Origin: the human T2T-CHM13v2.0 reference genome, Homo sapiens
DNA length: 64,000 nucleotides
Reading direction: 5' to 3' (one strand)
Assembly (NCBI RefSeq): GCF_009914755.1
Contig: NC_060925.1
Within the stretch, counting starts at the first letter, position 1. Each line of letters starts with the position of its first letter. Made by a program: the position numbers and the translations under genes. Of this stretch, positions 26,668 to 37,372 are shown piece after piece. The notes under the pieces are model-generated. The model was not told the DNA's origin and did not search any database. It saw nothing but the letters and a program-made list of their open reading frames with translations.

Positions 26668-26871
26668 GTTTACAAAAAAGCATTCTCCTCCTGATAAAGC
26701 ATTTCTAAATAAATAATCAGGCCCACGCCACTTGCCAGCAATACTTTGAAGCAGGGTACTTTAAGTGATGTTGCGATACTCCATTTTCTGGAAACTGCAG
26801 ACACGTTCTCAGAGTAAGGTAATACCAACGACGTTCTTAGCAATGGCGAAGACATGAGTAGCTGCTGGTAT
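26668..26871 (-). other. USH2A: USH2A exon 2 5'UTR portion (c.-204 to -1)
   Basis: Acceptor tttcccttgacgccctacgtttttgattcccag|ATACC (AG at 26873-26872), with a branch-like cttgAc upstream. Confidence 0.9.
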
Positions 26872-27544
26872 CTGGGAATCAAAAACGTAGGGCGTCAAGG
26901 GAAAGCTGCTGCACCTTTAAAACTGAAGCTCATCCCAGGCCTGAGGACTTTGAGCTCCTAGAAGCAACACTACTGAACTTCTCAAAAAACATTTTGAAGC
27001 ACAGTGCTCAGAGTAAAATACTCATCCTTTTGGTAAATCTCTTGATTGCATTGGGCAAATCAAGCACTTTATAAGTCCACAGGACAACCAGTAATATTTA
27101 TAACCAGTTATACATAAATATTTATATAATATATGTGTGTGTTTTATATATATATAATTATTAATAATATATTACACATACAATAATTTTGTGTTGTTAC
27201 TTCACCCCAGGGAATTAGCAATGGCATTACCAGCTCTACTTAACAGGGAAAAGAATCTTGTAGATTTTCTTTACACATGCACTGTACATTGTAACCCAGA
27301 GCTAACTTACAGATGCCCAAAATAAAGCTGGCAAAGGACTTTGGGCCTTTCCCCTTATCCCAGCATGTGCAGCAACTTTAAGCTCAGAGTAAAGCTGATT
27401 AGAAACCCAACACCATCTGTCTGTCCTATGCTTTAATATTTAGCAAAATGTTTCTGTGTTTCCTCATATGACTATGAATTTGTAGGTTACACATGGATCC
27501 CTAATACTGTGCAAGTAATTGTATTGATAAATAAGCTGAGTTAC

Positions 27545-27779
27545 CATTTCTTTATTGCATTTCAACCAGTCCCCTCAGTGTGACAAATGGCTCTTCAACA
27601 GGACCGCTGTCCCTCGTTGCCTGGCAACGCTGCTGTAACCCCTGGTTACTCAGCAAATAGGCTGTAGCAGCAGGAATGCTGGAAGGAAGACTTGGGTGCC
27701 CAGGTAAAGTATTCTGCAGAGCAAACACTTGGTTACCTGAAGCTCAGAGCGTGGTCTGCTTGGTGGCCCTCTTGGAACT
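27545..27779 (-). other. USH2A: USH2A exon 1 (non-coding); intron 1 = 26872-27544
   Basis: Donor AAATG|GTAACT at 27545/27544. Sequence matches my recollection of the USH2A mRNA leader. The 5' end is placed at an Inr-consensus TCA(+1)GTTC; the exact TSS is not provable from sequence. Confidence 0.8.
27615..27629. promoter_or_regulatory. Palindromic RFX X-box within exon 1
   Basis: CGTTGCC-T-GGCAACG is a perfect inverted repeat matching GTNRCC(N0-3)RGYAAC. Confidence 0.7.
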
Positions 27780-27960
27780 GAGCTGCCCAAGCTTTCCGCT
27801 GGTACCTCAAGCAGTGGGAGGGACCTGGATGGGATCATGCATACATAATTTTAAAGTAGCAGTACACCTTATCCTATAATCCCCCCTCTTGCCCCTCCTC
27901 TTTCTTGCTCTCATGCACCTCAATCCATTTAATTCCTTAATCAAAATGATCTACCACTAT
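27775..27960 (-). promoter_or_regulatory. USH2A core/proximal promoter: CpG-poor, TATA-less, Inr plus CRX/OTX2-type site
   Basis: Inr YYANWYY match TCAGTTC at 27781-27775. TAATCCC at 27877-27883 and TAATCA at 27938-27943. No CpG island. Confidence 0.6.
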
Positions 27961-28743
27961 TAAACACCACACAAGGAATAATTTCCAGTGCTCTTTCTTT
28001 TTGGGGGAGAAGAGGATACAAAATGGAATTCTAAACTTTTATATATTGATGCTCCCAAAGCTTGGCCCATTGATAGAAGTTTCGGTTGACTATTCAGTTG
28101 TTGCTGTACCTTTCACCCAGGATAACCTCTCCATAATACATGCTTCCTTACATTATGAGTAGCATCTGATGTGATCTCTAAATGTTGGGTTTGGAAAATC
28201 AGTGACTTTAATTAAACTAAAGAAGCAATGGGATTGCTGACTTTTTGGCTGCTTAATTGGATAGGAACGTGTGTGTGTGTGTATATGTGCACATTTGCCA
28301 CCAATTCTATAGAGTTTCAATTATATCCAAAACTCTCTCTACTCTGCCATCTGGGACATCTCATCCTAGATGAGAAATATTCTAAATCAGCTAATACTTG
28401 TAGCTTTCCCTTTGTATTGTAAAAATGGAAAATTTGTTTGGGAAATAACTGGTCGATTGTGATTTTGTTCTCTATAAGTTATCTTTTTTATAGAAATGTT
28501 TAGAAATGAGAGAAATGTTTCATGGTGTTTCTTGTTAGTAAAGCAGCCAGAGAAAAACCAACATTGTTCTTTATTAGATTCCCTTTTATTTCTCTCCCAG
28601 AAGAGAGCTGGAAACCACAACCCATTTATATATCAATTTTATCAATTAGCATTAGTTGCTTCCAGAAGAAGCCTTTCTCACCCTTTGTCAAAATACGCTA
28701 TTACATTCTTACCAGAAAAACTTTAATTTAAAACAAATTTTAG

Positions 28744-29062
28744 GGCAAAGCACAATGGCTCATGCTTGTGCCTCCTAGGGATTTGGGAGGCCAAGGTGGG
28801 AGGATTGCTTGAAGCCAGGAGTTCAAGACCATGCTGTGCAACATAGTGAAATCCCACGTCTCCAAAAAAAAAATAAAAATAAAAATAAAAATAAAAAAAT
28901 TTAAGCCAGGCATGGTGGCACACACTCGTAGTCCCAGCTACTTAGGATGCTGAGGTGGGAGGGTTGTTGAGCCCAGGATTTCGAGGCTGCAGTAAACTAT
29001 TATCACACCACCACTGCACTTTAACCTGGATGACAGAGTGAGACCATGTCTCTAAAAAAAAA
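28744..29062 (+). mobile_element. AluJ, ~1 kb upstream of the TSS
   Basis: ggaggattgcttga...gagcccaggatttcgaggctgcagt; degenerate TSD containing caaattttag. Confidence 0.9.
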
Positions 29063-29280
29063 TTTTTTTAAACCCAAATTTTAGTATAAAGTCAGCTAAT
29101 ATGTAAGGACTTCTCAGAACTTGGGAAACTATCTTTGAAAATAGGTATTATAGAGCACAGTGAATTAGACAAATGGATTATTCAGACCTGCTACAAAACA
29201 TGAAGTCAACCTACTTTCAAACAAGGTATTCAATGGCTGGCTTCTCTTTATATCTTGTGAATCCAAGAACTAATTCTCAT

Positions 29281-29501
29281 TTTTTCTAAACTTTTATTTT
29301 AGGTTCAGGGGTACATTTGGAGGTTTGTTATATAGGTAAATTGTGTGTCATGGGGGTTAGATGTACAGATTATGTCATCATCCAGGTAATAAGCACAGTA
29401 CCTGATAGGTAGTTTTTCAATCTTCCACCTCCTCCCACCCTTCAGCCTCAAGTAGGTCCTAGAGTCTGTAGAGTCTGTTGTTCCCTTCTACGTGTCCATG
29501 T
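29281..29501 (-). mobile_element. 5'-truncated old L1PA 3' end
   Basis: acttttattttaggttcaggggtacat...ggtttgttatataggtaaatt; degenerate TSD ctaattctcattttt/ctaactctaattttt. Confidence 0.8.
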
Positions 29502-29879
29502 CTAACTCTAATTTTTTACTGTAGTGCTTCAACTTATCTTTGTCATTCCTGGGATAAAAATTCTTCTACCCCATAACAACTCCTGCTTTGTATAGTAGGA
29601 AATCATGACTCAAATGGATAATCTAAGATTAGCAACTCTAGTCCACATTAAGAAACTCTGCCTATTATTTGCAAAGGCAAACAATGGATTCACATATCCC
29701 TCAACCTTTGCAATTCAGGGCTATCAATCCTGAGGGTGCATCTGATAAATGAATTAGACACTAAGAGTTCCATCACCCCTATAAGTGCCTGGGAAATAAG
29801 TACAGATTTTTTAAAAGGAAAGTAGATGTATATGGAGGGCACCTCTAGTTAAACATATGTAGCCATGGGCTATTTCCTT

Positions 29880-30255
29880 TCTTGACATTTCTGTGGATTC
29901 ACCAGGTAGTTCTGGTCTGCATAAGCTTGTCTGGGGCTGGATGGTCTGACTCGTCCTCACTCATTTAGCAGTTGGTTTGACAGGCATTGGAGTCTACTGC
30001 AGGCTCATTCTGATAGCAGCAGAAAATTTTCCAGCAACATAACGTGGGAGGCCCTAATGTGAAAGTATTTTCAAGCCTCTGCTTACATCACATTTGCTAA
30101 TGTTCCATTGGCTGGAGCAAGTCGTGTGACCTAGCACAGATTCAAGGGTTTTGAAATCAACTCCCCTTATCAAAGACTGAATGGCAAAGTCGCACTGCAA
30201 AGGGGAACACAGCTAACAGGAACGGAAAGAATTTGTGAACATTTTGCAAGCTACT
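29880..30255 (-). mobile_element. Old MLT1-family LTR fragment
   Basis: ttttcaagcctctgcttacatcacatttgctaatgttccattggc...aagtcgtgtgacc motif typical of old MLT1 elements. Confidence 0.55.
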
Positions 30256-30559
30256 ACAGAGTAACTAGCAACTTCTTTTTCTAGTTGTAAAAACATCAAG
30301 TCACATTGCATCAGGATTTTCTTGTTTTGAAAAAGTCAAGAAAATGATATTTTAGTTAGACAACTATAAGCAAGTTCTGCTCATTAGTCTGGAAAAGCTT
30401 ACTATAATAAGCCTATAATCAGCTTAGTTTTTCAAGTGCTTGAGGCTTAGCTCTATTAATGGAGAAGAAACAAGGGGTATCCCCTATTCCTGGGTATTTT
30501 GGCACCCATGGATTTACTATCAAAATTGACTAACTCTGGCCTAACTGATCAATATAAAA

Positions 30560-31920
30560 AACAGTGGGTGTATAAGTAATATTAGATATAAAAATAGAGG
30601 CATAAACTACAGATACAATGTGATTACAAATATAACAAAATATTGTAGATAATTTTATGACAATTAACTGGAATTCTTGAACAAATTAGACAAATACCTA
30701 AAACAATTTCCAACCTAAGCTGATTCTAAGAAGAAAGAGTTGGAAATAACCCAAATGTCAATCAATCAACTATAGAATGCATGAATAAATTATGGTATAT
30801 TCATACAATTCAATAATATAACACGATGGAAGAAAAATGAGCTACTGTTACAAGCAACAACGTGGATAAATCTCACAGACATGGTTTGAGTGAAAGAAGC
30901 CAGACATATCAAGAACATGCTGTTTGATTCCATTTATACGAAGTTCAAACACAGACAAAGTTAATCTTTGGTGATAGAAGTCAGAATAATACTCTCTTTA
31001 GGGCAGAGGATCAAATGGGAATGGGTTCAGGGAAGCCTGCAGGAGTGCCTTGAATAGTATTCTGTATCTTAATACGGGTTGCAGTTACACAGGGGGTCAC
31101 ATTTGAAAAAAATTCATCAAGTTATACACAAGATTTGTGTGCTTGATCCCAATTATACTTCAAGAAAATAAATTATTTAAAAAATGAAAATATTAAACAC
31201 AAATCATTTTATTCACTGAATAAGCAGTCTGTTGTTAAATTTCTTCCCTGAAAGAAAACAATGGGTCCAGATAGTGATGTAATTAGTTATACCAAACATT
31301 CTGGGAAAATGTAATTCCAATCTTTACCCTCTTATTAAAGCAATAAGAGGGACTATTTCCCAATTTATATTGTTTTCTCTTTCTCGCAACTTATTTGATG
31401 AGGCTAATATAACATTGATATTTAGGAAAGACAGGAATATATGAGAAGGAAAAATTACTGGCCAATTGCATTCATATATATAAATACAAAAAATATTCTA
31501 AATGAAACATAGACAAGCTGAATCAAGGAATGTATACAAAGATTAAGTCTCCTGACCAAGTTTGATTTGATTTGCAAAACTGATTTGAATTAGAAAATAT
31601 ATTACTATAATTGACCATAAAATATCTTAAAGGGAAAAAGTCATATGATTTATTTAGGACCAAAATCCTGACTAAAGGATTTATTTATTTAGGCCCAAAA
31701 TATGGAATAAACTAAAAACAGAAAGAAGTTTCTGTAACTTAACATAGGTCATTTGCAAGAAAACTACTAACATCATGAAAAATAAAAACCTTCTTTATAA
31801 TAATTAGCATTTTTGTTAAAATCAGGAGTAGAACAAAGCCACCACTACCACTGCTTCTATTTAACATTTTGGTTGCCAGTGAATTAAAATAAGGAAAATA
31901 AATACTAAAGGAAAAGTACT
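30560..31920 (+). mobile_element. Degenerate L1M fragments (L1ME/MC 3' end plus ORF2 pieces)
   Basis: gaatgcatgaataaattatggtatattcatacaa...gagtgaaagaagccagaca...gtgatagaagtcagaata. Confidence 0.65.
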
Positions 31921-32047
31921 GGACATGAGATCATCAAATTTGTATATCACTTTAGATAACACAGTCTAAAGATAAATATTTGACCTAGGTGTCTGGAGGA
32001 GAAGATGCACACATCACAAATGCTGTCCATCAATTTTTTACTGTGTA

Positions 32048-32083
32048 TACACACACACACACACACACATACACATATATATA
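32048..32083. repeat. Compound (CA)n(TA)n microsatellite
   Basis: Direct inspection. Confidence 0.9.
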
Positions 32084-34436
32084 CTTTTTTTTGAAGGCAC
32101 ATACCATTTTACCCATTGTAAAAGTGGCTATATGACTTGCTTTAGCTAATGAAATGTGAGAAGTGACATGTGCCATTACCAGGGTGAAGCTACAAGTACC
32201 ATGTGCATTTACTATGTTTTCTCTTTCACTAAATAACATAGGAATAGCGGGAAAGACAAAAGCATGGTCGGCAATTTTAAAATCAGGGAATGAATACCCC
32301 ATAAAGAAGGAGAGAGAGGCAATGGGGAGAGGGAAGGGGAGAATAGAGGCAAATTACTGAGCTGTTACTGAAAACAGTACAGAAAGGAGTATGACTGCCA
32401 GCATCAGCAGATTGATTCTGAAACAGAGAAGGAAGGTGAGGTAACACCTCCCAGAATCTGAGATAGGTAGGCTAAGGGGTACCCATTCCGACTGATGTGC
32501 TTTAAATATATGTGAAGGCATATTTAACGAGGTGAGAAAAATCAGTTTATTCCTTCCTTCACCCCATACATTTTCTTTGTCTTTTAAAATTACACAAGTA
32601 ATATATGACTACTGTAGAAAAAGATTTCTTTCAAGCAACATGGAGAGACAAAATTGCAGGCTTCACCCACCTCCCACTGTCATCTATCCATTATGCTTCT
32701 TCTGTTAGAATTGTGACTTTTTCTATACACATGAAATACATGTATACAACACAAAACAGATTCAATGTTCTGAAAAATTTAGCCAGTCTATTTTCAGAAA
32801 TTCCTGTCTATTTTCTTTTGTGATTTTTTTGAACCAGTACAATTCGTTGCAGTGCTTAAATTTCAGACAGCAAATTAAATCAGTTTTTTCTTGATGAACA
32901 GCAATAATGCACACATTATGCTGTTTCTGAATTCTTGCTAAGGTTGCTAATACCTACAAGGTAAAATTTAAGAAATGGTATTCAAGCAAATGTGATGTGC
33001 CATTTGCAGGTAAAAATTGAAGAGCCAGTGCTGAAGATGTCCTCTCCCCTGACGTGTCAATATTGAAATGTAACATCCACCATCCAGGTCTGTGAATGAC
33101 TACAATACCCAGAACACCCTGAAGACCTGTGATGAACAGGTAGCATGAAGACCACGCAGAAACAAACCCATATGGTTTTCAACCACTCAGATTTTAAGAT
33201 TGTAATGATAATATAGACTATCCTTATATGAGGCACAGGGCCTGCTACATTACATCATCTTGCTCTACCTGCACTAGGAAAATTACTGACACTCCTATCC
33301 ACTGGACTTGGGAGCAAGGTTTGATGCACTCAGTGGACACTAAGCATTACCTAATCTGCATCCACAAAAACATATTTCCTTCAGTTGGCTGACAGGCCTG
33401 ACCTTGCAGATTGGAAGCAGCTACTTGTGAGGCCTGAAAGGGAGTGATTATATCTTTAATTTTTCAGTTATAGCTGAGGAAGCAGTAGCTCTTTGGCCCA
33501 CAAGTGGCTCGAATTTCTTTAGAAATGTTGGACATGGTTGGAGAATAAACATATTTTTAAAACAAACAAAACTAACCACAATCTTCTCAGATGGATCTTA
33601 CATACAGAGATAATTCATTTTACCAAGTACTAGCATATCATTCTAGCAAGCAAAACTCTTCAAGAGATAGAGAAACCTCCAAACAAAGGTCTGTGGGTAA
33701 AAGATGACAGGTATGGGCATGGCTGGAACTCAAGCAGCAGAGGTTATACAAAGTCAAGTCAAAGAAAACAATCAGAAACATTGGCAGGGGGATTATGTGT
33801 GAAACTGTCAGTCAAACATCCTATCTAGTAGAGAAGTAGGAAGTTCCCCTTTATACCATCCACATTCATTCATATAAGTCTCAGGCAGAAGCTGCATCAT
33901 GATTCTAGGAAATCTCCCAGTATCCCACATAAGGGAAGCCTCCCTCCTTGGAGGTTACGGATTCACCTAGGCGCTCTGTGGAAGTTGATTTCTTGGAATT
34001 GCTTGATCCCCAAAGCCAGGCCTAGAATCCAGATAAGAGAGTATTTGCCTTCTAAAGAACTTCGTAAATTTCAGAACCTGTCACAGCCAAAAATAAAATA
34101 AGACATAAGGAGACAAGCCACATGACACAGCACTAACTGATGGGGTAGCCAGAAACTTGCCCTCTGGACCATTGAGGGCTAGGGAGGCCACAGTGAAGTA
34201 ATGTTTTACAGCCTGAAGAGGCAGTCACTGAAAAGACTAGCAAAGTACCCTGTCTTGCTGTTGTTGCTCTGCCTTATCTCCCATAAGATCCAGAGAAGAC
34301 AATGAGGGACATAGTATGTTTAAGGGAGATTTCAAAAAAGAAAAAAAAGATAAAGTTAAATTAATGGAGCATATACTCTCCATCACATAGAGCATTATGA
34401 GAGGTAAGACCATTTGGTGATTAAGAATGCAAACTG

Positions 34437-34735
34437 GGCTGGATGCAGTGGCTCACTCCTGTAATCCCAACACTTTGGGAGGTCAAGACAAGAAGATCAC
34501 CTGAGGTCAGGAGATTGAGACCAGCTTGGCGAAACCCTGTCTCTACTAAAAATAACACACAAAAATTAATCAGGTATGGTAGTGCATGCCTGCAATCCCA
34601 GCTACTCAGGAGGCTGAGGCAGGAGAATCACTTGAGCCCAGGAGGTGGAGGTTGTGGTGAGCCAAGATGGCACCATTGCACTTCAGCCTGGGAGACAGAG
34701 TGAGACTCCATCTCAAACAGAAAGAAAAAAAAAAA
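34437..34735 (+). mobile_element. AluS inserted into a MIR (MIR ~34400-34890)
   Basis: Full dimer with perfect 14-bp TSD AAGAATGCAAACTG; the MIR core continues 3' (tagctgtgtgttcttgggcagg...tgtaaagtgggaataata). Confidence 0.9.
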
Positions 34736-37015
34736 AAGAATGCAAACTGCAGCCTGGGTTAGAATCTTGGCTCAACCAACTATTAGCTGTGTGTTCTTGG
34801 GCAGGTTAGTTAAGCTCTTTTGGCTGTGGCTTCTTTATTTGTAAAGTGGGAATAATATTACCCACTTCCTAGGGGTGTTGAGGGGTTCAGTGTGAAGAAT
34901 GTTGCTCCTGATCCATGTGTGAAAGAAATATTTAAAAAACACACAAAAAAATATGAAGAATGTAGAACAATGACCAAAGCTCTCTGTATGTATTCTTTTT
35001 CCAATTTAGAGTTACCACATTTTCTATAATTGTACATTAAAGATAATAGAGAGAATAAGGACATTTGGAGGAAAGACTACCCTACATTTCTCTATCATCA
35101 TAGTTCACCAAACACTTTTATAGATTACCTTATTTGATCTTTATAACAACACTACAAATTGGACAGAGCCTGTATCACTCCCAGTGTACACAGGAAGAAA
35201 ATGAGAACCATGGGTTAAGTGGCCTAGTTAAAGTCACTTCATTGGCAAGTGGAAAATCCTGGGAAGAAGTCCAGATTATCTAGATTAAGCCTGGTACACA
35301 TTTAGTCCCCCTGCACTAAGGCTGAACTGATCAGAGGTTTTGTGGACGTGACAAGGTGTTGAACTGTGCCTTGAAAGTTGAGGACTTTTGTAGACGGAAG
35401 AGAAAACAATGAGAATTTCATGAGACATGAACTGAGTTTGGAATAAGATTGTACTGCATTTGTGGGACTTTTTCTATAGAAATATGTAGAGTAACAGAAT
35501 TCAGATCTCAAATGTAGAACTTACCAGATTTCCAGATTTTTCTGAAAATTTCCAGAGCATTAACAAATGTATTATAAGTAATTTGGAGGAGCTTCAGTTT
35601 TTTATTCAATACCTGGGTCTTAGTAGCTCATATTCTATTGGCTTGGTCAAAATTTTTCAACACATGTTTTTATACTTCTTAAATTATGCAAACTCTCAGG
35701 AACTCCAAGGTTGTATTTGTCTGAGGCATAAAAGCTTCACGTTGATATTTCAGGTTAGCCTGGGACAAGGGGAGAACTTGATACCTTTGATAGCATGTGG
35801 CAGGCCATCTAATTCCTGTCCATTCATTCTCGTCAACCTGGGCAAGGGCCCAGACTGAGCCTGGCAGGTGAATTCAAGAGTGGCTTTCGAGGTCTGAGCC
35901 TGGCAGTGAGATAACAGCTGCGAAGCAGTATGGGACAGGTAGCGGCAGGCAAGTTAATGGCTGGGAGCAGGACAAAGAGGTGGGTGTGGATCTGAAAATG
36001 AAAATGACACAATGTGGAGGGGGACAGCAGGCAAGCGGAGCACAGAACTGAGCTCAAGACAAACAGGCAATCGGCAGTAATTAAGGGTCAAGTTTCTACA
36101 AAGAGCTATGCTCCTAGCAATGACATGGTCCCCCTTTCACAAAGTGTGAATGCACTGGATTGCCTGAAGCCCATGAGTGTGTGGTTTTAAAAAATGTTTT
36201 TCAGAAGGTGACAATATATTGAGGGAGGAAATGTGACAAAAACATCAGGATTCAGGGGACAGTAAGCTAAGCAGGAAGGGTGGTATGTTTGGTCTTAGAA
36301 ACTCAATCCATTTGAATAACACTTAACACAGTCCCATGGAGTGAAAAAATACGTGCGACATTTAGAGTGAAATGGAAGACATAAAAGTCATGATGGTAGG
36401 AACAAAAATAGTTCTGTTTGGGAGAAAAAGCAGCATTGGGTGTTTGAAAGCTTTTTTGTTTGTTTGTTTTAGTTGAAAGGAAATCATAGGGAGTATGGTC
36501 TGTCAATAAACTCTTTGAAAAATGTTCTGTAAATTCTTTTCTATGTAATTTACTCATGTGGTTTATTAATATGATTTTTTGGTTCAGTAGACAAAGCCTT
36601 CAAAGAAGAGAAAAGCAAGAATTAGAAAAATGATCAGGATAATAAAAGTTGAGCAAAATGCATTGGCAGTACAGTTTCTAAACATTTGCAAACACCATCA
36701 TTATCAGTATAATTAAAACAATGTGAGACATAAGGTATTTTACTGAAAAGAAAATTAAATATGAGAGAAGTGACATGATGCTCAACTCTGATGGGGCTAA
36801 TTACTCTTACTGCTTGAACCAAAGTCCATGTGCCCTGAGGACCGGATCAGCATTTTTACCTTCTTCCATACCCACAAACATATTAAAGTACTATGTAAAA
36901 TCAAAATATTCATGAAAAAAGGAATCAAAGAACATAAGTATGTAAGCAATCCTTTTGAAATAGTAACAATGCTAATAATAATATTAACTGAGTGCATAGT
37001 ATGTGTCAGGCATCA

Positions 37016-37372
<357 letters not shown>

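Noticed and set aside
22845-26871. Alu-driven circular RNA of exons 2-3
   Set aside because: Intron 1 (673 nt) has no Alu to pair with the intron 3 Alus; no sequence support.
26872-26882. First residues (MIP) of the listed 70-aa ORF 26670-26882
   Set aside because: It starts at a TTG in the intron 1 acceptor; the real uORF begins at ATG 26855.
27600-27900. CpG island or TATA box at the promoter
   Set aside because: Only a handful of CpGs, and no TATA-like sequence 25-30 nt upstream of the Inr.
35273-35291. AGATTA x2 plus TAAGCC homeodomain cluster
   Set aside because: At the edge of a MIR with no supporting motifs; compatible with chance.
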